Shown piece by piece: positions 30,340-39,995 of a DNA stretch of 64,000 bases (positions are counted from its first letter, which is position 1; the number at the start of each line of letters is the position of its first letter). The stretch is taken from the NCBI GenBank assembly GCA_963711835.1, contig CAVQFQ010000017.1:192001-256000 (forward strand), written 5' to 3'. The stretch comes from an uncultured delta proteobacterium. GTDB taxonomy: Bacteria > Desulfobacterota > RBG-13-43-22. Under the pieces are notes generated by a model. The model was given only the letters and a program-made list of their open reading frames with translations, was not told where the DNA came from and ran no database searches. Position numbers and translations under genes: made by a program.

Positions 30340-33025
30340 AGGAAGGCCGGTCCTTTTTCCAATAGGGGCATAGAGTCAGATAATCGCAATTCCTGCAGGC
30401 CCCAAGATTTTGACCTTCCGGTTTGGGGTTTGGATCCGGACCCAATGTTCCGCCGGCCAACTTTCGTCCCAACTCCCGGATTATTTTTTCCCATTCTTCC
30501 AGCAGGGATCCCCACTGGGTACTCTCCTTTAAGGGATCCCAAAGCCGGCAATCGGCCTCGGATCTAAGACCGATGTAACCGGCCCTAAGGTGTTCGAATC
30601 GGCCTTCCAGGAGGTCCGGTTGATTTTTTAAGGCCAACAGATAAAGGGGGAGCTGGGGCAGGAGAAAGCGGCGGGTGAGGTCATTTCCGGCAGGGAGGCT
30701 GCCGCTCTTGTAATCCCAGCAGGCCGCTTGTTTCGTTCCGGGGTTTATATCCACCCGGTCGATGCGGCCTTGAATCGCCAGAGGCCAATCGGCTCTCTGA
30801 AGGCTGTGAAAGGTCACCTCCTCGCCGGCCCACTGCCAGCCCCGGGACAAACGCTCCTGTTCCTGATCCAGCCACTTGCCCAAAAGACCTTGATCGGCCT
30901 GCCCATCCCCGATTAAACGCCTTTTTTCCACCTGCCAATGAGAGTCTTCGAGACGGCCGCCTAACCGGGTTTCAATAAGGTGCTCCAGGAATGGATAAAC
31001 AGCCTCCCAACTGTCCGGAGCCAATAGGGTTTCCCTGACCTCTTTGGTAAAAGAGGCCAGGACTCCATGAAGAAAGTTTCCCCTTTCCAGGGGAGATAGG
31101 CCGATTTCAATTTCTTCCAAAGGCGAGAGCCCTAAAATCCTGTTCATAAAAAACTTGAAGGGGCAGGACAAGGCCATTTCCAGCGCGGTGGCGGAAATAG
31201 TCGCTGGAACCGGAGAAGGGCTAAGTTTTTCGTCAGGGGACGGATAGGTTAAAGGATAATGGTGAATTCCCTGAAAGGTCTGCCGGACCCATTCGGCCCG
31301 GAACCAGGCTTTCCCGGGGAAAAACCAGAAATTTTGCTTGGCGCTCCCCTGAGGCAGAGATTCCTTGGGCCACAAAGGAGAAGGGAGGAGTTTTTCACCA
31401 TCTTCCTCCGCAGGCCGGGTCAGGGTGATCAGAGGGGAAGCAGTCTTCAGGTGAGTGAAGGTCAGGTGAGCAAAGGCGTATTGGCTTTCAGGGGTGGCTC
31501 CCTGCACCTTTTTTCGTTCTTCGGGCAGCAAAAAGGGTAAAGCGCGGCTGGGCTGCGGCAGGCTTCCTTCGGACAGGCCGACTAAAAACAATTTCTCAAA
31601 GGCCAGTCCCCGGGCCTCAATCAGCCCCAAGACTTGAAGGCCGCTTTGTTCGTAACCGGGCTCATTGACCAGGGTCTGGCTTAAAAGGTAATTCAACCAG
31701 GCATAAAAATCGGCCCCGGTCAGGGGTACATCCTTCAGGTCGCTGGAAAGACTTTCCAGATTTTCTTTGAGATGTTGATAAAGACCTTCCTCCCCGGGAA
31801 GGGAGAGCAGCGGGAAGCCAAGCCTCTGCCAGCAACTGGTTAAGACCTTGACCCACTCGGAGCCGCTCTGCCTTGGTTTGGTAAAAGGCTGAAAAAGGCC
31901 TTTCCAGAATTCGCCACCGAGGATTTCTTTATCTGGGCCCTCTAATGCCTCCGGATTTAAGTCCCGCAGCAATCGATTTAAAGCCGAATCAATGGAATGC
32001 CGCCGCCAGATACGGTCGGCCTGAGCCAGCCGGGATCGAAAGGGCCGCCAGCGGGAGTAATAGGGAGAAAGTAGGAGGGAGAGTAACAGCGTCCTGGGTT
32101 CACCCTCTAAAACGAACCGCAAGGGCAGGAGACCGGCTTGGACCATCGGATGCTTTTGAAGGGGCTGCCCCAGGGAGATATTGTAATGACCGGCTTTTTC
32201 AGTGACGGAAGGGCCGATTACCTCCTGAAAAGCCCTTGAAAGCTTGGGCGCATAGAGGTCCAGGTTGGGCGATACGACTGCGATTTGATGGAGCGGGAAA
32301 TCCTGGGCAGAAACGAGAAGTTGGTCAACCAGAAAATAAATTTCCTCCTCGACATTGTCCAAGGTGAAGGCCGAAAGATGGGGCTCCTGATGCAATTGGG
32401 TCATGGTTTCTACGGCCCCATACCGCTCTTTTAATACCTCCAGCAGATCCCTTTCAATCGGGGCGGGGTATTCAAAGCCTGCCAGAATGATCTTCCGGGG
32501 TAAGGGTAGGGATTTCTGTTGAGCCCGTTGATGAAGAATCCCAGGGAGCCAGGCCGGGTGTAGTCTTCCGGCTTCCTTAAGCCACCGCCTAAACCTGGAG
32601 AAAACCTCCTCCCTCCAGGAGATGAGCGGGCTGATTAACGTGTTCCGAAGGGGAGGGAGCTTGTCCCTGATTTTTACCCGAAAGGTTTCATCCAGGAGAC
32701 GGTACAATTGCAGGTCGGCCGCCAAACCATCAGGCAGCTCGGTTCCTTGGACGGCCGATTCCCAGGTTTTCAGGATTCCAACGACCGAGGCCAGGGATTC
32801 TTCCGGCCAGGAGCTGCGCCAGGTCTCTTCCAGCCAGGCATTGAGGCTCAGGACCCTGGGCGGCAGCCAGCCGGAATAACCCTTATTCATCCGGTCCAGG
32901 CGGAAGGCATGGCGCAACTGTCGGGCCAGCCGGCCTCCCGAGGTCAGGATCAGGGTCTGCTCATCGGCTTCGGCGATGATCCGGGCCTGCAAGGCTTTGG
33001 TGGTAGGGGCGATCCAGTCGGCCAT
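30332..33025 (-). CDS. addB: AddB-type PD-(D/E)XK nuclease subunit
   Basis: CPFKFF, GRIDRVD, DYKSG, QLPLY and CRNCDYLTLC Fe-S staple; overlaps the addA start. Confidence 0.9.
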   Translation of the reverse strand: MADWIAPTTKALQARIIAEADEQTLILTSGGRLARQLRHAFRLDRMNKGYSGWLPPRVLSLNAWLEETWRSSWPEESLASVVGILKTWESAVQGTELPDGLAADLQLYRLLDETFRVKIRDKLPPLRNTLISPLISWREEVFSRFRRWLKEAGRLHPAWLPGILHQRAQQKSLPLPRKIILAGFEYPAPIERDLLEVLKERYGAVETMTQLHQEPHLSAFTLDNVEEEIYFLVDQLLVSAQDFPLHQIAVVSPNLDLYAPKLSRAFQEVIGPSVTEKAGHYNISLGQPLQKHPMVQAGLLPLRFVLEGEPRTLLLSLLLSPYYSRWRPFRSRLAQADRIWRRHSIDSALNRLLRDLNPEALEGPDKEILGGEFWKGLFQPFTKPRQSGSEWVKVLTSCWQRLGFPLLSLPGEEGLYQHLKENLESLSSDLKDVPLTGADFYAWLNYLLSQTLVNEPGYEQSGLQVLGLIEARGLAFEKLFLVGLSEGSLPQPSRALPFLLPEERKKVQGATPESQYAFAHLTFTHLKTASPLITLTRPAEEDGEKLLPSPLWPKESLPQGSAKQNFWFFPGKAWFRAEWVRQTFQGIHHYPLTYPSPDEKLSPSPVPATISATALEMALSCPFKFFMNRILGLSPLEEIEIGLSPLERGNFLHGVLASFTKEVRETLLAPDSWEAVYPFLEHLIETRLGGRLEDSHWQVEKRRLIGDGQADQGLLGKWLDQEQERLSRGWQWAGEEVTFHSLQRADWPLAIQGRIDRVDINPGTKQAACWDYKSGSLPAGNDLTRRFLLPQLPLYLLALKNQPDLLEGRFEHLRAGYIGLRSEADCRLWDPLKESTQWGSLLEEWEKIIRELGRKLAGGTLGPDPNPKPEGQNLGACRNCDYLTLCPYWKKDRPSYA

Positions 33026-33030
33026 ATTTT

Positions 33031-33309
33031 TTAAACAATACGACGAGTTACTTGGGGGTAGACATCTTTCCGGTGAATGATTCCCAGGATGAGAATCTTA
33101 TTTTTTATTATTTTAAAAACGATACGGTAATCACTGACCCTTATTTTCCAATAGCCTTTGAGAGTCCGCCGCAATGGTTTTCCATAATATTCAGGTTGGG
33201 TGGTAAGGCGATCTTCAATGGCCTTTTTAATCAGGGCTTTATTTCTTGAATCGATTTTAGGCAAATCAATTTTTTTGACATCCGGGTGGTATCTTATTTC
33301 AAATGTCAT
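33031..33309 (-). CDS. RelE/ParE-family toxin
   Basis: GKPLRRTLKGYWKIRVSDYRIVF..IIHRKDVY. Confidence 0.92.
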   Translation of the reverse strand: MTFEIRYHPDVKKIDLPKIDSRNKALIKKAIEDRLTTQPEYYGKPLRRTLKGYWKIRVSDYRIVFKIIKNKILILGIIHRKDVYPQVTRRIV

Positions 33310-33331
33310 GGTTTTGGAGGTGCGATTCGTT

Positions 33332-33559
33332 TCAGGACCAGACTTCCTCGTGTTTCAGGGCCTTGGAATCCTTAAAGGACTTCTCGCGATTTTCTGCAAA
33401 CTTCCCCAGAAGCATATCCTCCTGAACATCCAAAGCCTCTTTCACCAGGTCCCTTAACTTGGTGGACAAGGAAACACCTTCTTTTTTCGCCAGAAACTTA
33501 ACGTTCTGGTAAAGAGGTTCCTCAAGAACAACATTGATCCTTGGATTTTTGGTGGGCAT
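33332..33559 (-). CDS. RHH antitoxin cognate to the RelE-like toxin
   Basis: MPTKNPRINVVLE..GVSLS..RDLVKEAL..HEEVW. Confidence 0.88.
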   Translation of the reverse strand: MPTKNPRINVVLEEPLYQNVKFLAKKEGVSLSTKLRDLVKEALDVQEDMLLGKFAENREKSFKDSKALKHEEVWS

Positions 33560-33588
33560 AATGATTCTCCCTCAAAGTAGTAACTTCA

Positions 33589-33617
33589 AGTGTACCATAA
33601 GTGATGAACCTGGTCAA
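33589..33617 (-). promoter_or_regulatory. Sigma70 promoter for the TA (and addBA) genes
   Basis: TTGACC-17 bp-TACACT on the minus strand. Confidence 0.65.
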
Positions 33618-33639
33618 GACCAACCGAAACAAAGCTGAT

Positions 33640-34572
33640 TTATTTATTGCGGTGCCGCTTCAACGTAAGTTGAAGATCCATGACTATTCTCTCCTGCAAT
33701 TCCTTGGGAGAAACCACCTCCACATGGGGCAGCCAGCGATAAACCCAGCGGCTGATCCCTTCCAGGCCGTTGACCCGAAACCGTAGTTCCAGGCGCCCGT
33801 CTTTGAGATCCCTTTCCCGCTGGCTCTGGTGCCATTTTTTTCTCTGGACATAGGGGCGGCAGACGGGGTCAAAACGCAAGACCACCTCGACGGGCTTGCC
33901 ATCCACTACGGAGCCGAAGGAGCCGGAAAGCTCGTCTTCCGGGGAGAGGTTCTGGGGAACGAAATAGTCATTCAGGACCTTTAAACCGGCAATCCGGTCC
34001 AGGGCGAAGGTCCGGGGTTCCGTCCGGAGATGGCAATAGCCCCTTAGATACCAGAAGTCCTCCTCAAAAAAGAGATAATAGGGGTCGACTTTTCTTTTGG
34101 TTTTTTGATCCGATGAGAGGGGCCGGTAGATTAATTTGAGCCGCTGGAAGTTTTTAATAGCCTCAGAAATGATTCCGATCCGGCCGGTTATATCGGCTTG
34201 CAGGATCCCACCGGCCAGAACGATGTGTTCCGGAACCCTCGCCTTTTTGAGGGAAAGCTTCTCCTCAATCCGGTCCAGGCTGTTTTCCCAGCCGGACCCC
34301 ATTCGGCCCATGATCTTCTTGGAAAGGGCCAGGGCCAGGGTCTCTTCCACCGATACTGCGGGTTTTTTCAAGGCGTATCCTTCCATAAAACCGTAACTCC
34401 TTTTCTCGCGATCGAAATGAATGGGGAAGCCGGCGGCCTGGATGGTATCCAGGTAGCGATAAACCGTCCTGTCGCAAATCCCCAGCTCTTCGGTCAGGGA
34501 TTGGACGGTCACCTTTTCCCGGCTGTCCAGCCGGTTCAAAATAAGCATCAAGGAATCAAATTTATACGACAA
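33640..34572 (-). CDS. WYL-domain transcriptional regulator (HTH-WYL-WCX; YafY/PafC/BrxR-like)
   Basis: HTH ELGICDRTVYRYL; VDPY..FWYLRGYCHLR..RTFALDRI; WCX with KWHQSQ. Confidence 0.93.
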   Translation of the reverse strand: MSYKFDSLMLILNRLDSREKVTVQSLTEELGICDRTVYRYLDTIQAAGFPIHFDREKRSYGFMEGYALKKPAVSVEETLALALSKKIMGRMGSGWENSLDRIEEKLSLKKARVPEHIVLAGGILQADITGRIGIISEAIKNFQRLKLIYRPLSSDQKTKRKVDPYYLFFEEDFWYLRGYCHLRTEPRTFALDRIAGLKVLNDYFVPQNLSPEDELSGSFGSVVDGKPVEVVLRFDPVCRPYVQRKKWHQSQRERDLKDGRLELRFRVNGLEGISRWVYRWLPHVEVVSPKELQERIVMDLQLTLKRHRNK

Positions 34573-34604
34573 CGCCGGTCCTCAGAGTATTTTATGGGAA
34601 GTAA

Positions 34605-34637
34605 TGTACTATAGCAAACTGACAGGGGCCTGTCAGT
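34605..34637 (-). promoter_or_regulatory. WYL gene promoter with an overlapping palindrome ACTGACA-N6-TGTCAGT (copy 1 of a 33-bp direct repeat)
   Basis: Minus strand CTGACA-17 bp-TATAGT with extended TG; 32/33 identical to 40907-40939. Confidence 0.8.
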
Positions 34638-34693
34638 CTTATTTGTAAAAAATTGCACTATTCAATAAAGTCGTCATCCCGGCGAACCCCGGA

Positions 34694-34837
34694 TCACAGG
34701 CCGAGGCCCTTTTCGACCTTGAGGCCGAAGCCGTCGCCCGGCGCCACATCATGACCGACCTTAAGGAGGAGGGTTGGACCGAGCAGGACCATTTCCCTAA
34801 GGAGGAGGCAGATTTTGTCAGGATTTGATTTTTCTAG
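34694..34837 (+). pseudogene. Start-less coding-like 3' gene remnant
   Basis: SQAEALFDLEAEAVARRHIMTDLKEEGWTEQDHFPKEEADFVRI*FF*; directly follows REP-like GTCATCCCGGCGAACCCCGGA. Confidence 0.4.
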
Positions 34838-34895
34838 ATCAGGAAGATTTATGGAAAGGGGGAGGAAGAGATCCGGAAGGTCTTTCAGATGAATA

Positions 34896-35300
34896 CTAAT
34901 CCTCAAAAGTATCCTCAAAACTCCTTGGCGTAACTATCTTTGTCCGGCCATATTGTTTGATTACCAACAAGTCCTGATCGCCGGTCACCAGGTAATCGGC
35001 ATGTGTTTGTTTCGCACAGGCCAGGATTTTATCGTCCTCCGGATCCCTGCAGGCAGGCAAAATCGGTGAGACCTTTTGGACTATCTTTCCAGCGGCCTCT
35101 ACCAAAACAGTCCAAGCATCTTTTATCTCAGAGGCTGAAACGGAAAATTTTTTACGAAGGTTCCTTTCGAATTCCTGAGCAATGTCGTTGCTCAGAATCA
35201 AATCAAATTCTCTCCGGCGCGCCCGGACAAGAAGCTTGGAACAAACGCCTTCGGTAAGAAAAGCGGCGATCAACACATTGGTGTCGAAGACGACTCTCAC
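34896..35300 (-). CDS. PIN-domain (VapC-like) toxin
   Basis: MRVVFDTNVLIAA, CRDPEDDKIL and LVTGDQDLL. Confidence 0.92.
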   Translation of the reverse strand: MRVVFDTNVLIAAFLTEGVCSKLLVRARRREFDLILSNDIAQEFERNLRKKFSVSASEIKDAWTVLVEAAGKIVQKVSPILPACRDPEDDKILACAKQTHADYLVTGDQDLLVIKQYGRTKIVTPRSFEDTFED

Positions 35301-35515
35301 GATACCCGACTGAATACGTCTTCTTCCGTAATGACTTTGGCCGCTTTGGCTTTTTTAGCCAGCCTTTTCTTAATTTGCCGGAATCGGGCCTCCCAAAGGA
35401 AAAGGCTCAGGGATTCCTTCACAATATCGCTTTTATTTCTGCCGGCGGCCTTGGCAAAAGCCTCCAGTTCGGCGGCCATTTGATTCGGCAGGCTAACAGA
35501 TAAAACGGTCCTCAT
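35297..35515 (-). CDS. CopG/RHH antitoxin
   Basis: MRTVLSVSLP..NKSDIVKESL; 4-bp overlap with the toxin; upstream TGTATTACAATACA dyad. Confidence 0.88.
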   Translation of the reverse strand: MRTVLSVSLPNQMAAELEAFAKAAGRNKSDIVKESLSLFLWEARFRQIKKRLAKKAKAAKVITEEDVFSRVS

Positions 35516-35691
35516 ACGCTTCACCTCTTGTATTACAATACACTACTTAGACCTGAGGTCAAGAAAAAACGTCCGAATGTGCGAGTTAGAACCAACATCC
35601 TCAAAACCAAACCAAAACTGAATGGAATGGACAACGTCCCCTCCCACACTGAATTTGCGATATTTTTCCGGTTAGTCCGATTTCAGGTAAA

Positions 35692-35979
35692 TCAAGAAAC
35701 GTTCAACTCGCTTTTGATTTTCTCGGATAACCAATGGCGGATCAATGTCTGGTAGGGCATGGATTTGGTGACCGCCAATTTTCGGATCATCTGGATTTGG
35801 ATCGGGTCCACCTTGATGGTTATATTTTTAAGTTTTTTAACCCGGTTGCCGGCTAAAATTTCCTTTTGGAGTTCCGGATCCAGGCTGAAATGGACGGGTT
35901 CTTCTACCAGTTCTTCAAGGATATGGGAACGGTCGTAATAATCCGGCCAATTTTCAATCCGGTCTTTATGTTTGCCCAT
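35692..35979 (-). CDS. BrnA/CopG-like antitoxin
   Basis: ITIKVD..MPYQTLIRHWL C-terminal RHH. Confidence 0.85.
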   Translation of the reverse strand: MGKHKDRIENWPDYYDRSHILEELVEEPVHFSLDPELQKEILAGNRVKKLKNITIKVDPIQIQMIRKLAVTKSMPYQTLIRHWLSEKIKSELNVS

Positions 35980-35982
35980 AAT

Positions 35983-36279
35983 CTACCTCCGGGTCCTTTT
36001 ATAATACCTGATTTCCGCCGGTTTCATGTCCCATCCCGTTATCATCCGTACAAGATTTTTCGATCTTAATTCAAAAATAATGGTCAGATATCTCCCGGCA
36101 CCCGTTGATCCAAACACCGCATAATGACCTTTTCGAGTTTTCCTGAAAAGGGGTTGATTAAGAAAGACCTCTTCCGCTTCGTCAGTCGTAATGCCATGAC
36201 CGAGCTCAAGATGAAGGGCGTTGCCCTCGTCCCATTCAAAATCGGATACCCGCACAAAGTTCCCTTTCAAGTCATACAT
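35983..36279 (-). CDS. BrnT-family toxin
   Basis: FEWDEGN..HGIT.DEAEEVF..G.T..GRYL..ITGWDM. Confidence 0.88.
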   Translation of the reverse strand: MYDLKGNFVRVSDFEWDEGNALHLELGHGITTDEAEEVFLNQPLFRKTRKGHYAVFGSTGAGRYLTIIFELRSKNLVRMITGWDMKPAEIRYYKRTRR

Positions 36280-36334
36280 AGTATGACCTTTGTTTTGCTG
36301 AAAATCAAGGGATAATGTTGCCCTACTCCCTCTA

Positions 36335-37979
36335 TCATAATCTCAATTTTTTCAAAAGGGAGGGATTACCGAGACCTTCATGGAATTTCTTCTGGTCGTG
36401 GGGCACGGTAACGGTCGCGGTCCCTGCCGACCGGTTGCCGTTCTGGTCCTTGCACTCGATGGTCAGGGTATAAATCCGGTCCTCTTCTTTTCCAGACCTT
36501 TCCGCCCGGAGTTTTACCGTCAGGTCATCCACGATTTCCCAGTCTTTCACTTTAGGCCCAGCGCCCCGACCGGTTTCGGGTTGGTTACTGGAAACGGAGG
36601 TGATCCGGCAAACAGGTCGAGGATCGCAGGCATCCTCCGTGGAAACCTGGATATGGACCGGGACCATCCGGTGGTTGGGGGGCCAGAGCCGGTTGGGATG
36701 GGCGGCCAGGGTCAGGATCTCCGGCGCCGTCCCGTCGTGCACCGTAATGGTTACCGAATCCGTGGAACTCCCGCCCTTCCCGTCGGAAACGGTCAATTGA
36801 ATGATATGGACCCCGGTCGGCAGGGTGACTGTCGGCCTGGACCCGGTAACGGTCCCGAAAGGGCCGGTCCAGGTGAAGGCCAAGGGGTCCCCATCCGGGT
36901 CGGATGATCCGGAGCCGTCCAGGGTCACCACCGTTCCTTCGGGTCCGGCGCACTCCATCGTCTGGTCCGGGCCGGCATCGGCCTTTGGTGGAAGGTTCGG
37001 AGGGATGTACAGGATCGGATGATGATAAGGGTATTTGAGGACGCTTTCCCCGACAATCTGGCCCAGATTGTTGATGCCATAAGCCTGACACCAAATATTC
37101 AGGTCGATCATCCGTCCGTTTTCATAAAGGAAGAAATAGTCCGCCTCTCCGGGACGGGCGGCAAAACCCGCCACCTGGCCCCGGTCATTGATCGCGGCGG
37201 CCACGCTTGAACTTCCTCCCAGTGTTCCCAGATCGGTCATGACACCATTGACATAGAGAAAGGCCCGATAATGCCCGTCCGTGGTATCCGACTGGCCCAC
37301 GATCCAGCCCTGGCTGTTGATTGCCCGGGCGACACTGTTGAGCCCGCCCAACGTGCCCAAATCCTGCATCCCCGCTTCCGGGGTCCAGAGGAAGGCATGC
37401 CAGTCCCCGGAAGGAATCTGGGCCGATCCAACCACATTTCCATGAATATTGAGGCCGTAAGCAAGGCTCTGCCGGCCCCCCAGGGTGCCCAAGATCGATC
37501 ATGCGTCCATGGTCATAAAGAAAGGCCCGCCGGTCCTCCTCCAGGGTGCAGGTCTCCCCAACGATCTGCCCGTTATCGTTGATCCCATAGGCGATGCTGG
37601 AACACCAACGGTTGCCGATGACCCCCAGGTCCGTCATTTGCCCCCCGGAATAAAGGAAGGCATGTTGTAATCCATCCGTGGTGTCGGCATAGCCGACCAC
37701 CTGCCCCAAATTATTGATGCCCCGGGCCATGCTCCAGCCCCCGCCCAGGGTCCCCAGGTCGGTCATGGCCCCATTCGAGTACAAAAAGGCATGGACGATC
37801 CCATCCGATTTATCGGTGTAACCCGCCGCCTCTCCCCGGTCATTGATGGCAAAGGCGCAGCCGTTCCGCTCCGGCCCGCCCAAGGTTCCCAGGTCAATCA
37901 CCTCACCATAGCCTAGACCTGTCCCAAAAAACCAAAAACTGAAGACCAACGGTATTCTCCATAATTTGAGGCCTTTCAT
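36335..37979 (-). CDS. Secreted HAF-repeat beta-propeller protein with PKD-like and LWPPNH C-terminal domains; +1 frameshift at about 37490
   Basis: Signal peptide; about 7 DLGTLGG..A.AIN..GQ.VG repeats; ADAGPDQ..LDGSGSSDPDGD; the joined ORF is about 547 aa. Confidence 0.85.
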
Positions 37980-38102
37980 CTTTTCTTCCTCCTTTTTCAT
38001 GTTTTTTCCGGGGTGCCCAGCACCCCTTCTTTCAAGGGGAAGGTTATCAGACAACCGTTCCATAAAACGAAACGCTTCTTAATTATTTTATATTGCTTTT
38101 AT

Positions 38103-38138
38103 ATAATTATTGAAATACAATTATTGCATTACAATAAT
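38103..38138. promoter_or_regulatory. Two overlapping ATTATTG-N5-CAATWAT dyads upstream of the ATPase gene
   Basis: ATAATTATTG-AAATA-CAATTATTG-CATTA-CAATAAT with a 14-bp period. Confidence 0.5.
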
Positions 38139-38155
38139 GCTCGGAGACCATAAGA

Positions 38156-39298
38156 ATGGGAAACCCTTTTTACCTTCAGGAACTTCCGGATGACGCCCCA
38201 TTTTGTGATCGGGAAACCGAATTACAGGAGCTGATCTCCTATGCCCAGGCCAAGGCCAACCTGGTAATTTATTCTCCCCGGCGTTTCGGAAAAACTTCCC
38301 TGGTCCGGCGGGTACAGAAAGCGTTAGCCGCCCAGGGCGCCGTTACCGTTTTCGTTGATTTTTTTGGAGTCGCCTCGATCGAAGACGTGGCCGGCCGGTT
38401 GGCAAAATCGGTTTATGTGGTCACCCGAGGGAAGGAATCCCTATGGAAAGCAGCCTTGAGGGTCATTCGTTCATTTCGTCCGATACTGAAGCCTGATCCC
38501 GAGGGAGGGCTGACCCTGAGCGTTGAACCGGTTTCCAGAGGGCAAACCGGGTTGACCTTGTTGGATGACACGCTCGAGTCATTAGGAGAATTCATTCACG
38601 CCGTTCCTGAATTGGTCCAGGTAGCTCTGGACGAATTTCAGGAAATTGTCTTGCTGAAAGAGGCCTTAAAAATAGAAGGTGTGCTTCGGACCCATATTCA
38701 ACGGCAACCGGCATCTTACTTTTTCATTGGCAGCCGGCGGCGGATCCTCCTGGCTCTTTTCAATGATCGCCAGCGGCCTTTTTTTCAGAGCGCCATCAAT
38801 TATCAACTGAAGGCCCTGCCGCCTGACGATTTGGTTCATTTTATTCAGGATCAATTTAGGCGCGGTAAAAGGTCCTGCCGCCCGGAGATGGCCTCACGTT
38901 TGGCTGCCTTGGTCCGTAACCATCCCTATTATGCCCAAAAACTTGGGTTTTTCGTGTATGAGCTTGGCGGGGCGGTCACGGAAGTAACGCTGCAAAAAGG
39001 CCTGGAACGGCTTCTTTTGGTGGAAAAACCGGTTTTTGAAGCGGTTCTTCAAGGACTTTCTCCCCATCAACGGCTTTTATTACAGACCCTGGCTCAGGAA
39101 CCCACCCCTCAATTAATGGCCGGCGCTTACCTTCGAAAATATGGTCTCGAATCAATCGGCGGGGTTCAGCATTCTGTCCGTCAACTGACCAGTTTGGATT
39201 TGATTGAGAAGGAAGAGGAGACCGGGCTTTGGCGGCTGGTGGATCCGATCCTGGCCCTTTGGTTAATAAGCCGAATCGAAGAAAAGTTGAAGGAGTAG
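38156..39298 (+). CDS. P-loop ATPase (archaeal-ATPase/STAND-like) with a C-terminal winged helix
   Basis: FCDRETEL, SPRRFGKTSL, ALDEFQE, HPYYAQ; C-terminal L..LDLIEK..WRLVDP. Confidence 0.85.
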   Translation: MGNPFYLQELPDDAPFCDRETELQELISYAQAKANLVIYSPRRFGKTSLVRRVQKALAAQGAVTVFVDFFGVASIEDVAGRLAKSVYVVTRGKESLWKAALRVIRSFRPILKPDPEGGLTLSVEPVSRGQTGLTLLDDTLESLGEFIHAVPELVQVALDEFQEIVLLKEALKIEGVLRTHIQRQPASYFFIGSRRRILLALFNDRQRPFFQSAINYQLKALPPDDLVHFIQDQFRRGKRSCRPEMASRLAALVRNHPYYAQKLGFFVYELGGAVTEVTLQKGLERLLLVEKPVFEAVLQGLSPHQRLLLQTLAQEPTPQLMAGAYLRKYGLESIGGVQHSVRQLTSLDLIEKEEETGLWRLVDPILALWLISRIEEKLKE

Positions 39299-39510
39299 AA
39301 ATGCGTCCGTTGGTTGAAAATTTCCTCCATAGGGATTCCTTCCAACCTTCCTGCTCGATAGGCGTTAAGCCTCTTTTCCGCTTCTTCGGCCCATATTTCA
39401 TCTATTGAACTGTTTGGTTCGTCGAGGCTCTTTATTATCCCTTCGACCACCATAAACCTTTCGTCTGGTTTTAGTTTTAATGCCGCTTCAAGAATTTCTT
39501 TGCTTTTCAT
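39299..39510 (-). pseudogene. Orphan addiction-module antitoxin; native stop and cognate toxin lost
   Basis: EAALKLKPDER..SLD..WAEEAEKRL.AYRAG..IPMEEIF, then the frame runs into the antisense strand of the ATPase gene. Confidence 0.7.
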
Positions 39511-39642
39511 AAGCTTCACCTCCCATTAAAAAAGGGGACTGAATAAACTTATTAATTCTCCCCTATCTGGAGCCCTTCCTCTATAATTTTAACAACCATC
39601 ATATCATTGTTAATCATTTAAATCCGCCAATAACTTCAATCA

Positions 39643-39851
39643 CTATGGTCCAAGTAAAAACAAAACCAGGGGCAGGCAGCGGATTTCCTTTTTCCCCACC
39701 TTTTCCATCCGCTCCAGATCATTCGTGATAAGAATGCATTCGCCGGAGTCCCCGAGCGAAGACGGGGTTCGAAGGCGGCCAGTTCACGGGCCGGGAACCT
39801 CGTCTCAGAAGCATCGGCCTGCCAGACCTGAAGCGCCCTTACAATCCGCAT
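39643..39851 (-). pseudogene. C-terminal remnant of an AAA_14/DUF4143-type ATPase (frameshifted)
   Basis: LQVWQ..RELAA, then in a shifted frame CILITNDLERMEKVGKKEIRCLPLVLFLL*. Confidence 0.5.
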
Positions 39852-39860
39852 TCCCTCTTT

Positions 39861-39995
39861 TTATCGCTCCGGTCTTATGCCGGAAAGATCGGCCAGCGGC
39901 AGGGCCTCGACGCGCTTTTGTAGGGGATAGCGTTCCTTGCCCGGATAGACCACATACAACTTTTCCAACCGTAGGTCTTCCAGGGCAATATGCAT
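39861..39995 (-). pseudogene. C-terminal remnant of a second AAA_14/DUF4143-type ATPase
   Basis: MHIALEDLRLEKLYVVYPGKERYPLQKRVEALPL is the typical terminus of this family. Confidence 0.6.

Noticed and set aside
36335-37900. Periodic DNA repeats that could suggest a CRISPR array
   Set aside because: They are degenerate coding HAF repeats; no identical direct repeats with unique spacers and no cas genes.
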